Below are positions 1-9,900 of a DNA stretch of 64,000 nt, one piece after another. The notes beneath the pieces were generated by a model, which saw nothing but the letters and a program-made list of their open reading frames with translations, was not told where the DNA came from and made no database searches. Each line of letters begins with the position of its first letter. The first letter of the stretch is position 1. Position numbers and translations under genes: made by a program. Origin of the DNA: an uncultured Deferribacteres bacterium (GTDB lineage Bacteria > Zhuqueibacterota > Zhuqueibacteria > Zhuqueibacterales > Geothermadaptataceae); assembly GCA_964014485.1 (NCBI GenBank), contig CAXHAT010000005.1:95-64094 (forward strand), in the 5' to 3' direction.

Positions 1-18
1 CCTGCATTATTTTTACAA

Positions 19-2004
19 TCAATTATTTTCGTCAGGCAAAGCATACGCGATGACGGCGTCGCCAAGCGTTGTGCCTGCGCGTCCGTGGCCGCCCGCCGCG
101 ATGACGACGTATTGCTTGCCGGTCTTGCTCAGTCGGTACGTCATCGGCGTCGCTTGTCCGCCCGCCGGCAATCGTTCTTTCCACAATTCGGCGCCGGTTT
201 CAATGTCAAAGGCGCGAATATAATCGTCGACCGCTGCGCCGATGAAAATCAATCCGCCGGCGGTAACGAGCGGCCCGCCGAGGTTTGGAACGCCGAATTT
301 GACTTTCAAAGGAAGCGGGGAAATATCTTCAATTGTGCCGAGCGGCTCTTTCCAAAGAATGTCGCCGGACTTGAGATCGACCGCGACCAGCAAGCCCCAG
401 GGCGGCGGATTGCACGGAATTTCCAACGGCGACATGAGCACTTCGCGGTGCATCGCGTAGGGCGTTCCGTCTTGTTTTGAAATTTCAGCGCCGGGATTAT
501 CTTTGCGCGCTTGAGCGTAATCTTCGCCAGGCAGCAGAGTTACAACCCAGGCTAAATCCATCACGTTGGCGATAAGAATTTGCCGTTCCGCGTCCACGGC
601 CACGCCGCCCCAATTTGAACCGCCGGCGTTGCCGGGATACATCAGCGTGCCCTGCCCGACGCGCGGCGGCGTGTAAACGCCTTCGAAATGCAACGCTATC
701 ATTCGTTCCCAACAAGCGTCGCGATCAATCGCGGTTAGGCCCCAGGCTTGCTCAGGCGAGAGCTCGTGCGGTACAAGCGGCGGCGGTTTGACTGGAAAAG
801 GCTGCGTCGGCGAAGTGTGCTCGCCGGGTACATTGGTTTGAGGAACGGGGCGTTCTTCAATCGGAAAAATTGGTTCGCCGGTTTCGCGATTGAACATAAA
901 TAACAGGCCCATTTTTGTCGCTTGAATCACCGCCGGAACGGATTCGCCGTTTTTTGAAATCATCGTGAGCGTTGGCTGCGCCGGAACGTCGAAATCCCAC
1001 AAATCGTGGTGCACGGTTTGAAAATGCCAGACAACTTCGCCGGTCGAGGCTTTGAGTGCGACGATGGAACTGCCGTAAAAATCGATGTTGTTGCGCAAGC
1101 CGCCGTAATAATCCGGCGTAGGATTGCCCGTCGGCACGAAAACAAGGTCGCGTTTCGCATCGACCGCCATCGGCGCCCAGACGTTTGGCGAACTAAGCAG
1201 GTAATTCTGTTCCGAAAAATTATCGGCGCTCAATTCCGTTTCGGGCGGTCGCAAATCCCAACTCCAGACGAGATCGCCGGTACGGGCGTCGTAAGCGCGC
1301 ACAACGCCGCTGGGCGCCTTAATCCGGGCGTTGTCGGAAATGGCGGAACCTACGATCACCAAATTTCCGGCAATCGCAGGAGGCGAGGTCACCTGATACT
1401 CGCCCAGCCACCACTGCTTGCCCACGCCTTTGTTGAGATCGACTTCGCCGTCTTGACCAAAATCCAGGCACGGCTTGCCGGTCTGCGCGTCGACGGCGAC
1501 GAGACGAGCGTCATTCGTCGCCATAAAAATGCGCTTTTTGACCTTGACTGTGTCCGCAGCTTCAGCCTGCCAGAACGAAACGCCGCGACAAATCAATTGA
1601 TTGGCGTAGCGACCTTTCAGGTCAATTTCCGGATCAAAAACCCAGCGTTCTTCGCCGGTCTCGGGATTGAGCGCGATAATACGATTGAACGGCGTGGGGA
1701 AGTAAAGCGTGCCGTCGACGAGAATTGGCGTGGCTTCAAACGCCGTGTTTGTCGGGATTTCATTCGTGCCGTGAGAGACGTCGCCTGTGTTGTATGTCCA
1801 GGCGACTTCAAGGCGGCGGACGTTTTGCGGCGTAATCTGCGTGAGGGGAGAGTAGCGCTCACCGTTGTTTGCGCCGCCGTAACTCGGCCATCCGGCGACC
1901 GGGCCGCCAAAATCGATTTCGAGCGGTTCCGGCTCCGAGGCGCATCCCATAAAAAAGCAAAAGGCCGCCAAGAGCCTCACAAATAGATTACTTTTTTTCA
2001 TCAA
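19..2004 (-). CDS. PQQ-dependent dehydrogenase (glucose/quinate/shikimate-type quinoprotein), predicted lipoprotein
   Basis: 661-aa ORF. It has a signal peptide plus lipobox (LLAAFCFFMGCAS). It carries repeated propeller-blade motifs typical of 8-bladed quinoproteins (IIALNPETGEERW, LVAVDAQTGKPCLDFG, VRAYDARTGDLVWSW, IVALKASTGEVVWHFQ, IRAFDIETGAELWKERL). Confidence 0.8.
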   Translation of the reverse strand: MMKKSNLFVRLLAAFCFFMGCASEPEPLEIDFGGPVAGWPSYGGANNGERYSPLTQITPQNVRRLEVAWTYNTGDVSHGTNEIPTNTAFEATPILVDGTLYFPTPFNRIIALNPETGEERWVFDPEIDLKGRYANQLICRGVSFWQAEAADTVKVKKRIFMATNDARLVAVDAQTGKPCLDFGQDGEVDLNKGVGKQWWLGEYQVTSPPAIAGNLVIVGSAISDNARIKAPSGVVRAYDARTGDLVWSWDLRPPETELSADNFSEQNYLLSSPNVWAPMAVDAKRDLVFVPTGNPTPDYYGGLRNNIDFYGSSIVALKASTGEVVWHFQTVHHDLWDFDVPAQPTLTMISKNGESVPAVIQATKMGLLFMFNRETGEPIFPIEERPVPQTNVPGEHTSPTQPFPVKPPPLVPHELSPEQAWGLTAIDRDACWERMIALHFEGVYTPPRVGQGTLMYPGNAGGSNWGGVAVDAERQILIANVMDLAWVVTLLPGEDYAQARKDNPGAEISKQDGTPYAMHREVLMSPLEIPCNPPPWGLLVAVDLKSGDILWKEPLGTIEDISPLPLKVKFGVPNLGGPLVTAGGLIFIGAAVDDYIRAFDIETGAELWKERLPAGGQATPMTYRLSKTGKQYVVIAAGGHGRAGTTLGDAVIAYALPDENN

Positions 2005-2098
2005 GACATGCGGCGGGTTTGATGGTGAAGGATTCAGCCGGATTCGTCACTTCGCAAGGCCGCGATCCGACGAAGTGATTTTTCTTGAGAACGCACTT

Positions 2099-2161
2099 GC
2101 ACTCGAAACCGGAGTTTCGCGCCCATTTTCATTCCCAAGCCGGAGTTTGGGAACGAGCTGC
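2099..2161 (-). repeat. REP-like double-hairpin repeat, family C (copy in reverse orientation)
   Basis: The reverse complement (gcagctcgttcccaaactccggcttgggaatgaaaatgggcgcgaaactccggtttcgagtgc) is nearly identical to 17999-18058. It contains two hairpins (ttcccaa..ttgggaa and cgaaac..gtttcg). Confidence 0.85.
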
Positions 2162-2244
2162 AAACTTTTTTTCGGAGTGCGACGATTCATCGTCGTCCGT
2201 TGGCTCTTAAATCAAACGCTGAAGCGATTGACTCCTCGGATACT

Positions 2245-2436
2245 TTTTGATTCTCATTAGCTCCGTTCTTCAGAGCGGAGGTTTTTGAAGAGGCCCTTCC
2301 TATCCCTTCCGCAGCGCCAGCGCGGCGGAAGGGATGAAAATGAGCGTCTTGCACGTCATTGGGCTCAAGCCCGGTGCTAATGAAACCATGTTCAAGTCTG
2401 AGCAACAGGCGATGTATTGGCGCGCGTAACATCAGT
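2245..2436 (+). repeat. 192-nt structured intergenic element, family A, copy 1
   Basis: Aligns end to end with 31628-31819. Both start ttttgattctcattagctccg and end gcgcgtaacatcagt. It contains nested hairpins, including atcccttccgc...gcggaagggat. Confidence 0.85.
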
Positions 2437-2447
2437 TACTTAAGCTT

Positions 2448-3467
2448 TTAGGAATCAAAAGTATAGCCGTCGTACCAAGGATATTTTTCCATCCGGCGTT
2501 GAACATCGTCAATCAAATCCTGCGACCATGCAAGCTTGTTGCGCGTTTTGTTGGGCGATTTGTAGACGATGCTTGCGCAATCGTTTGCAAACGCGTCATC
2601 CGTTTCCAGATCAAGAAAACCGCAAAGCGTTTGTGCGCCTTCGAAAGCGCGGTCGATCACGTCTTCGTGCCGAATGTCTAACACTTTGTCGGCAGGAACG
2701 TGCTTCTTGACGTTTTCAACGGCTGCGCTTAACGAAAAATAACGCTCGATATTCGCGTGCAAATCAAGATTGGTGCGGATAGCCATTGTCGTAATATTAT
2801 CAAAAGGATTGCGGATGACGTGAACGAATTTGAGATTAACGCCGGAGAGTTTTTGAAGCTTTTCGATAAGGCCGGGTTCCGCGCTTAGGCGTTCAGCAGT
2901 GCGCGTGCCTTCCTGATCGCTCATCACGAGCAGTTTTGAAAACCTGCCGTTGAATTGGCCCGGCACCTCGTACTTGTAATTTCCGGTTAACACGCGCCCG
3001 TTTTTGGAGAAACGCTCGGAGTTTTTGAAAATCATGTAGGCCAATTGCTGCTTGTTGAACCCGGCCTGGAAAAATTTTATCGAGTCCAGGCGATGAGACG
3101 CGATGGCGTTCGGGTGAGCGTCGATGATTGAGCCAATCAAGCTGTGGCCGCTGCGCGGGTACCCGATGAAAAGACAGTACGTTTGCACGCTGTCAAAATT
3201 TTCGTTCAAGCGAGACCGCTGCACCGTCGAGCCGATGCGGTCGAGCAACGTGGTGGAGGAGACTTTGAACCACGGCCCAAGCTGCGCTCCAAGCGTTCCC
3301 GCTTTAATGTATTTTATCAAAGACAAAGTTTTCTCCCTTGTACGGATAATTGAAGGCGGGAAAATAATTGGGCGGCTATGTAGTCGCAAGCGATACGATC
3401 CCAAGAAACGAGGCGTGCGTTTGCATCGTTGCCGAAGCGCATTTTTTGAAATCAAATTCTTCGACAA
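2448..3467 (-). CDS. sulfotransferase family protein (start codon uncertain)
   Basis: It has a PAPS 5'-phosphosulfate-binding loop-like motif (IGYPRSGHSLIGS) and a downstream VIRNPFDNITT motif resembling the 3'-phosphate-binding region of sulfotransferases. The N-terminal ~100 aa have no recognisable features. Confidence 0.55.
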   Translation of the reverse strand: MSKNLISKNALRQRCKRTPRFLGSYRLRLHSRPIIFPPSIIRTREKTLSLIKYIKAGTLGAQLGPWFKVSSTTLLDRIGSTVQRSRLNENFDSVQTYCLFIGYPRSGHSLIGSIIDAHPNAIASHRLDSIKFFQAGFNKQQLAYMIFKNSERFSKNGRVLTGNYKYEVPGQFNGRFSKLLVMSDQEGTRTAERLSAEPGLIEKLQKLSGVNLKFVHVIRNPFDNITTMAIRTNLDLHANIERYFSLSAAVENVKKHVPADKVLDIRHEDVIDRAFEGAQTLCGFLDLETDDAFANDCASIVYKSPNKTRNKLAWSQDLIDDVQRRMEKYPWYDGYTFDS

Positions 3468-3699
3468 AAAACTTGAGAAAATCCCTTGACATTCAATTTC
3501 TGATTTATATCTTTTCTCCGAATTTTTTAAGGAGAAATGTTTCCCGAGACTTAATAATCGTGTATTTTTTCTGTGAATTCGTTTGTGATGGATGTCTTTT
3601 TGAATTTTAACAGATGTTGCGCATCACCTAAAACAAAATGTGGCATTTTGTCTTTTTTGCAAGCCGTGACTACGGTTAGAATTGGAATCGAGCAAACCC

Positions 3700-3786
3700 C
3701 GAAACGCTAGTTTCGGTCATTCCCGCGGATGCGGGAATCCAGAAAATGGCGCCGAATCCCTAGATTCCCGCCTCCGCGGGAATGAC
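3700..3786. repeat. cluster of three REP-like hairpins upstream of glnA
   Basis: The hairpins are cgaaacgctagtttcg, cattcccgcggatgcgggaatc and gattcccgcctccgcgggaatgac. The last two have the form ATTCCC-N8-GGGAAT. A degenerate relative (cctccgcggaatgacg) lies near 18163-18180. Confidence 0.8.
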
Positions 3787-3856
3787 GTAAAAGCAATGTT
3801 TTTATTTAGTTGCAGCGTAATATCAAATTTAAACAAAACTGAGAGGAGACGAGAGA

Positions 3857-5275
3857 ATGACGACGACAATTCAGGATGTCATGAAGCTGGCCAAGGACAG
3901 CGGTTCGAAAATTATAGACCTGCGGTTTATGGATTTCCCCGGACTCTGGCAGCATTTTTCCATGCCGATTTCAAGCTTGAAAGAAGACGTCTTTGAGGAC
4001 GGCTTCGGCTTCGACGGCTCAAGCATTCGCGGCTGGCAGGCGATCAATGAAAGCGACATGCTCATCAAGCCGGATCCGACGACGGCGTTTATCGATCCTT
4101 TCATGAACCCGACGACGCTGGTGCTGGTTTGCGACGTATATGACCCGCTGACGCACGAAAAATACACGCGTTGTCCTCGCAGCATTGCACAAAAGGCGGA
4201 AGCTTATCTCCAGTCCACCGGCGTCGCGGACATTGCGTATTTTGGCCCCGAGCCTGAGTTTTTCATCTTCGACGATATTCGTTTTGACCAAAATGAGCAT
4301 TCCGGTTACTACTACGTTGATTCCGTCGAAGGCCGATGGAATTCAGGGCGGCCCGAAAATCCAAACCTGGGGTACAAGCCGCGATACAAGGAAGGCTATT
4401 TCCCCGTTCCGCCTTCTGACGCTTTCCATGATATTCGCAGTGAAATGTTGCTCACGATGGAACAAGCCGGCTTGACCGTTGAGTGCCACCATCACGAAGT
4501 GGCGACGGGCGGGCAGTCCGAAATCGACCTCAAGTTTCAGCCGCTGGTAAAAATGGCTGACCAGACGATGCTTTTCAAGTACATCATCAAGAACACGGCC
4601 CACAAACACGGCAAAACCGTGACGTTCATGCCCAAGCCGATTTATAATGATAACGGCTCAGGCATGCATGTTCACATGAGTTTTTGGAAAAACGAGCAGC
4701 CCTTGTTCGCCGGTTCCGGTTACGCCGGCTTGAGCGAGATGGCATTGCACGCCATCGGCGGCATTCTGAAACACGCTCCGGCTTTGATTGCGCTGACCAA
4801 CCCGACGACGAATTCATTCAAGCGCCTCGTGCCTGGCTATGAAGCGCCGGTCAATTTGGCTTATTCTCAACGAAATCGCAGCGCGGCTTGCCGAATTCCG
4901 GTTTACTCGCAAAGTCCAAAATCAAAACGGCTCGAGTTCAGATGTCCGGATCCATCTTGTAATCCTTACCTTGCTTTTAGCGCGTTGATGATGGCCGCGA
5001 TTGACGGCGTGCAGAACAAAATCCATCCCGGCGAACCGCTGGACAAGGATATTTACGATCTCTCGCCCGAAGAATTGGCCGACGTGCCTTCAACGCCGAG
5101 CTCGCTCGCCGCAGCCCTGGACGCTTTGGAGAAAGATCAGGATTTCTTGCTGCAAGGCGACGTCTTTACGCATGACGTACTCGAAACGTGGATTGCTTAC
5201 AAGCGTGAAAATGAAGTAGACGCCTTGCGTTTGCGCCCGCATCCCTATGAATTCGCGCTTTATTATGACATTTAA
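3857..5275 (+). CDS. glnA: glutamine synthetase type I (adenylylatable GSI-beta type)
   Basis: The 472-aa ORF is collinear with GSI by motif recall. The C-terminal block [16 protein letters not shown] matches the E. coli adenylylation-site block NLYDLPPEE (Tyr codon at 5054-5056). An SD-like gagaggag precedes the ATG. Confidence 0.95.
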   Translation: MTTTIQDVMKLAKDSGSKIIDLRFMDFPGLWQHFSMPISSLKEDVFEDGFGFDGSSIRGWQAINESDMLIKPDPTTAFIDPFMNPTTLVLVCDVYDPLTHEKYTRCPRSIAQKAEAYLQSTGVADIAYFGPEPEFFIFDDIRFDQNEHSGYYYVDSVEGRWNSGRPENPNLGYKPRYKEGYFPVPPSDAFHDIRSEMLLTMEQAGLTVECHHHEVATGGQSEIDLKFQPLVKMADQTMLFKYIIKNTAHKHGKTVTFMPKPIYNDNGSGMHVHMSFWKNEQPLFAGSGYAGLSEMALHAIGGILKHAPALIALTNPTTNSFKRLVPGYEAPVNLAYSQRNRSAACRIPVYSQSPKSKRLEFRCPDPSCNPYLAFSALMMAAIDGVQNKIHPGEPLDKDIYDLSPEELADVPSTPSSLAAALDALEKDQDFLLQGDVFTHDVLETWIAYKRENEVDALRLRPHPYEFALYYDI

Positions 5276-5311
5276 CTGATGTTTCGCGCCCCGCGCAGTG
5301 TTTGCAATATT

Positions 5312-5341
5312 TGTAGAGACGCGATGCATCGCGTCTCTACA
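5312..5341. repeat. perfect 30-nt palindrome downstream of glnA
   Basis: tgtagagacgcgatg|catcgcgtctctaca is perfectly self-complementary. It is followed by agggggg, not a T-run. Confidence 0.9.
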
Positions 5342-5448
5342 GGGGGGAGCGGACGACGCAACAATCCAAGCGCGTTTATGTGCAACATCAGATTTAACTT
5401 TCATTGCAGGATGATTTCACACAAGATTTAGATGTGAAGCTCCACTAC

Positions 5449-5491
5449 AAATGCCTGGCTGTCGCGAAAGACGGTCAGGCATTTTTTGTTT
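5449..5491 (+). terminator. rho-independent terminator (probable glnA terminator)
   Basis: aatgcctggctgtcgcgaaagacggtcaggcatt forms a hairpin that is followed by ttttttgtttt. Confidence 0.7.
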
Positions 5492-5623
5492 TAGAGCATA
5501 TTGGCGTTTCTCCTTGCAAAGGCGTAGGCGGGAATCTGCTTGTCTTCGCCTTACTTTATGCGCTGTGACTTGCCTTTTACAGAAATAGGATTTTATTCTT
5601 ATTTCACACAATGGAAGAGGGAA

Positions 5624-6688
5624 ATGCCTGCCGACAAGCCGAAAATTTTTATCAGCCATTCCTGGAAAGACAAGGAAGTCGCGCTGAGACTCGAACGTGA
5701 TCTCAAAGCGGCGGGCGTTCAAGTTTGGGTTGACCACAGTGAAGCCCGCGCGGGCGATCTGATTACCAAGCGTGTGAACGCTGCTTTAACCTGGTGTGAC
5801 ACGCTGATTCTTCTATGGTCGCGATCCGCTGAGAAGTCCATTTGGGTCGAGCATGAGTGGGGCGTCGCCTTTGCCAACCATAAAAAGATCATTCCGTGCT
5901 TGCTGGACAATACAACGCCGCCGATTCTGTTGAGTAACAATGTCCGCCTCGATTTCCGCGATTACGAACGCGGCGCTTCGGAGCTGCACAAAGCTTTTGG
6001 CATAGAGCCGCCGGTTCTGAAGCAACCCCCAAAGCCCGCCCCGCAGCCGGAAAGGAAAACAAGCCAACCTCTAAAACGCCCGGCGCCGCCTCAGCCAAAG
6101 CAAAAAACGAAATCACAGCCACGACTCACGCCAAAAAATATGCTAACGATTGCATTGACTGCGCTTGTTGTCGTCGCGGTATATTTCGGCGTTCAGAATT
6201 GGATGCGAAGCTCGCCTGACACAAGTTTGTCGGAAAAGAGCGTTCAGGACATGCTGAAAAAACGTGGATTTTATGACGTAAATAAAAACCCGAAAGGCGA
6301 AGGGTTTGCGAATGTTTTCGAGAAGCAAGCCAACGGCCAGATCGTTTTTGATGCGGCGACCGGACTGTACTGGCAGCAAGGCGGCTCCTCCAAACACATG
6401 AATTATACAGAGGCTAAGGACTACATCGCAAAGCTCAATCGCAACAAATTCGCTGGCTATGATGATTGGCGCTTACCGACGCTGGAAGAGGCCATGTCGC
6501 TGATGGAACCGGAGAAAAAGAACGGCGACCTGTACATCGATCCGGCATTCGACAAAACGCAACGTTGGATCTGGACGGGGGATAAGCACAACGCGTCGTC
6601 GGGCGCCTGGAGCGTTGATTTCGATCTTGGCGGCTGCTATTGGAACTTCCTCGACTTCGACGACTACGTTCGTGCAGTGCGTTTCTGA
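5624..6688 (+). CDS. TIR domain - transmembrane helix - DUF1566 (Lcl C-terminal-like) domain protein
   Basis: I chose the ATG at 5624, preceded by ggaagaggg; the ORF track starts at 5540. N-terminal TIR_2-like block: KIFISHSWKDKEVALRLERDLKAAGVQVWVDHSE...LILLWSRSAEKSIWVEHEWGVAF. A Pro/Lys/Gln-rich linker follows, then one TM helix (MLTIALTALVVVAVYFGV). C-terminal DUF1566-like block: YTEAKDYIAKLNRNKFAGYDDWRLPTLEEAMSL...WTGDK...AWSVDF...DDYVRAVR. Confidence 0.75.
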   Translation: MPADKPKIFISHSWKDKEVALRLERDLKAAGVQVWVDHSEARAGDLITKRVNAALTWCDTLILLWSRSAEKSIWVEHEWGVAFANHKKIIPCLLDNTTPPILLSNNVRLDFRDYERGASELHKAFGIEPPVLKQPPKPAPQPERKTSQPLKRPAPPQPKQKTKSQPRLTPKNMLTIALTALVVVAVYFGVQNWMRSSPDTSLSEKSVQDMLKKRGFYDVNKNPKGEGFANVFEKQANGQIVFDAATGLYWQQGGSSKHMNYTEAKDYIAKLNRNKFAGYDDWRLPTLEEAMSLMEPEKKNGDLYIDPAFDKTQRWIWTGDKHNASSGAWSVDFDLGGCYWNFLDFDDYVRAVRF

Positions 6689-6908
6689 CAATCTTGGCTC
6701 TTTGGCGCTTTGAGTCATTTGGCTCTTTAGAGGGTGGAATACGAGACGAAGCGATTCTCAAAAAGCAGAGCTTTGATTATTCCACCCCCTGAAAAAATCG
6801 TCGTCGCGTCGTGAATGCGCCCATGTGCAAGGCCGTCCCAAACAAAGAATCGCGCGCAGCGCGCCTCGAATTTATCCGCCATTCTATAAAACATGAGGTT
6901 AAAAAACT

Positions 6909-9900
6909 TTGGCCTTCGAGTTTGACGATCTTGTTTCGACGGAAACAAGCGGCCTGATTCTTCAATCGCTGAATCATCGCGATATTCGCATTTTTGCGGA
7001 CAAAGTCCGTGGGTGGCGCTTGCGGTTTGCGCACGAGCAGCTCAAAAAGTTCATCGCTGATCTCGTCCCGGCCTTAGCGAATGCAGCGAGCGTCGAACGC
7101 GCTCTGATAAATTTTGAACATCTCTTTGATCGCAACCCGACTCCCCAAAAACTATTGAAAAAGCTGGTTCGTGAACGGCGCTTGCTGAAAATGCTCACCA
7201 TGCTTTTTGCCGGGAGCCAATTTCTGACGGAAATCGTGTTGCGCTATCCGGCGGCTTTGGCGCTGGTCGGCGAGCGTGAAAATCTAAAGCGGATATTGTA
7301 CGGCGAGCAGTTTTACGACCGGGCTTTGGCGGCGGCGCGTTCTGAAACCCGGTTCGACGACCAACATGACGCGTTGAGAAGATTCCAGCAACTCGAACTT
7401 TTGCGAATTGGCTGCAGCGATCTGTTTGGTTTTTCGTCGCTGCCCATCGTCGTGGCGCAATTGTCGAATCTGGCCATTGCGTTGGTGCGCGCTTGTCTGA
7501 TGATTTCAAAAGAAAGTCTCAAAGCGGAACCTTCCGGATTTGCCGTGATCGCTCTGGGCAAGCTTGGCGGACGCGAGCTAAACTATAGCTCCGACATCGA
7601 TTTGATTTTTATTGCCCGCTCGACGGACGTCGTTTTTCAACGCTTGGGGCGCAAGTTGATCGACGCGCTTTCAAGGACGACGGCTTGCGGTTTTCTTTAT
7701 CGCGTGGACATGCGGCTTCGGCCCTGGGGCGGGGTAGGCAGACTTGCGCCGAGCCTCGAAGAAGCGCTGAGTTATTTTAAAGACCAAGCGCGGATTTGGG
7801 AAAAACAAGCGCTGGTCAAAGCGAGAATGATTGCCGGAGACGACGAACTGGGCGTGGGTTTTCTGCGCAAAATGCGTCCCGAAATCTATGCGCTTGAGCC
7901 GGAAGATGTTCGAGCGCAAATTCGCGAAATGAAGGAAATCATTGAAGCCAGGCTAAAGAAAAAGGGCGTCACGGAAGGCGAAGTTAAAAACGGCCCGGGC
8001 TCAATTCGGGACGTCGAATTTGTCACGCAATACCTGCAATTGCGCTACGGCGCAAGGTTTCCTGAAGTGCGAAGTCGGAACACTTTGGATGTGCTCGCTC
8101 GGCTTTCGAACGCGCATCTGCTCTCGGAGCAAGACTATCGAACGCTTTCCGAAGGCTACACTTTTTTGCGAACTGTCGAGCATCATCTTCAAGTTCTCCA
8201 GAATCGCCAAATCCACACGCTCCCCAGAAACAAATCGGAAACGATGTACCTCGCGCGGAGAATGGGTTTTGCCCAGACAAACGGCGATGCGTTGAAAAAA
8301 CGCTACAAAAAACACAGCCTGGCGATTCGGGACGTCTATCGTCGATACATTTTGGCCGACGCTCCTCCCCGGGCCAATACGCCGGGCGTGCAAAGAACCG
8401 CAACGGCTGATGAAATGGTTTCTCGCCACGTGAGACGGATGAACGTTTCCTACGCGGCGATGTTTGCGTCGGAAGAGATCGCGGAACATGCTCGACTTGC
8501 CGAGAAAGTCAAAGGCTCGCATCTTGCGGTTGTTAAAAATGTTCTGTTGCCAAGCGGAAACTGGCGTTTAACCCTCGTCGGCTATGATTATCTAGGCGCG
8601 CTCTCCCTGATTTGCGGCTTGCTCTATCTTTACGATTTCGACGTGCTGGACGCGGCGATTTTTACTTATGAACGCGATATTGAAAAGGAATTCTCGAGCA
8701 GGCAAGATCAAACAACTCGGGGCAAGAAACTGAGCTCGCGACGCAAGCTGGTGGACGTTTTCACTTTGAGACCGGTGAAAGAAAAGTGCGCCGAGAATGT
8801 CTGGGAGCGCTATACTTCGGATTTGCGTTTTTTTATGAACGAACTGAAAAACCGCAAACACAACCAGGTTTACGGCGCTCTGGCCAAGCGCATGGCCGCG
8901 AAGTTTCAGCGTGAAGAAAAACCAACGGATGCGCTTTCTTTGCTGATTGACGTCAGCGTTGACAACACGGCCTCAGAAAAATATACCATGCTGCGAATCG
9001 ACGCGCCTGACACGGTCGGCTTTCTCTACGCGGTGACCAATGCGCTTTCGCTAAACGGCGTTTATATCGCGAGGATGAACGTCAGTTCGAAGGCGAATCG
9101 TGCGCACGACACATTGTTTGTAACCGACGCGGCGGGAGCAAAAATCAGCGATCCGACCAAAAGACGGCAATTACAATTGACGGTTGCGCTGATTCGGCAT
9201 TTCTTCTACTTGCTGCCAAATTCGCCCAATCCGGAATCGGCGATCCTTCATTTCCGGGCATTGATTTCACAGCTTTTTTCGCAGGAAAAATGGGTGGAAA
9301 AAATGGCGTCGCTTGAGCGCCCCGAAGTGATGAAAGCCCTGGCGCGACTGCTCGGTGTGAGTGATTTTTTGTGGGAAGATTTTCTTCGGCTCCAGCATGA
9401 AAATTTGTTCCCGGTGCTTAACAACATCAAAGCTTTGAAAAAGGCGAAATCCAAAGATGAATTAGATTCGGAACTCAGCGCGGCGCTGGAATCGTGCGAA
9501 AACTTGATCGAAAAACGAAAAGCGCTCAACGCCTTCAAGGATCGGGAGATTTTTCGTATCGATATGCGATACATTCAAGTGCTGGCGCAGGATTATCGGC
9601 GATTTTCAACTGAACTTTCCGATCTCGTTGAAGCGGTTGTAGAACATGCTTTTCAAATTTGTTTTGCCGAATGTTGCAAGGAATTGGGCCGCCCGACACT
9701 TGCCGACGGAAACGAAAATTCTCTGGTAATCTGTGCGCTCGGAAAATTTGGCGGCAGAGAAATCGGCTGCGCCTCCGACATCGAGCTTCTGTTTATTTAT
9801 CGTGGAGACGGCGCGACGGAAGGGCCGAGAGTCGCGTCAACTTCAGAGTTTTACACGCACTTCGTCACAGAGTTTAAGAAAACCATCCAAGCCAAAAAAG

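Noticed and set aside
1006-1986. 326-aa plus-strand ORF (and others at 85-480 and 1617-1910) inside the PQQ dehydrogenase gene.
   Set aside because: These are antisense shadow ORFs with Arg/Ala/Gly-rich, low-complexity translations. The minus-strand frame has clear family motifs.
2187-2432. 81-aa minus-strand ORF. It shares a peptide segment (LKNGANENQK...) with the 77-aa ORF at 31582-31815.
   Set aside because: The similarity is explained by the family-A nucleotide repeat. The differences between copies are compensatory within hairpin stems rather than codon-aware, and neither ORF has an RBS. I treat it as non-coding.
3641-3661. TGGCAT...TTGCA upstream of glnA as a possible sigma54 promoter.
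   Set aside because: The GG-to-GC distance is 17 nt rather than the canonical 12, so it does not fit a -24/-12 promoter.
3718-3786. The ATTCCC-N8-GGGAAT hairpins have the same form as the neisserial dRS3 repeat consensus.
   Set aside because: The short palindromic motif is too simple to imply homology or a phage-integration function here. I report it only as a REP-like hairpin.
3682-3996. 104-aa ORF that overlaps the glnA start.
   Set aside because: Its 5' half translates the ATTCCC-N8-GGGAAT hairpins and its 3' half is out of frame over glnA.
5417-5737. 106-aa minus-strand ORF.
   Set aside because: It overlaps the glnA terminator hairpin and the 5' end of the TIR gene and has no supporting signals.
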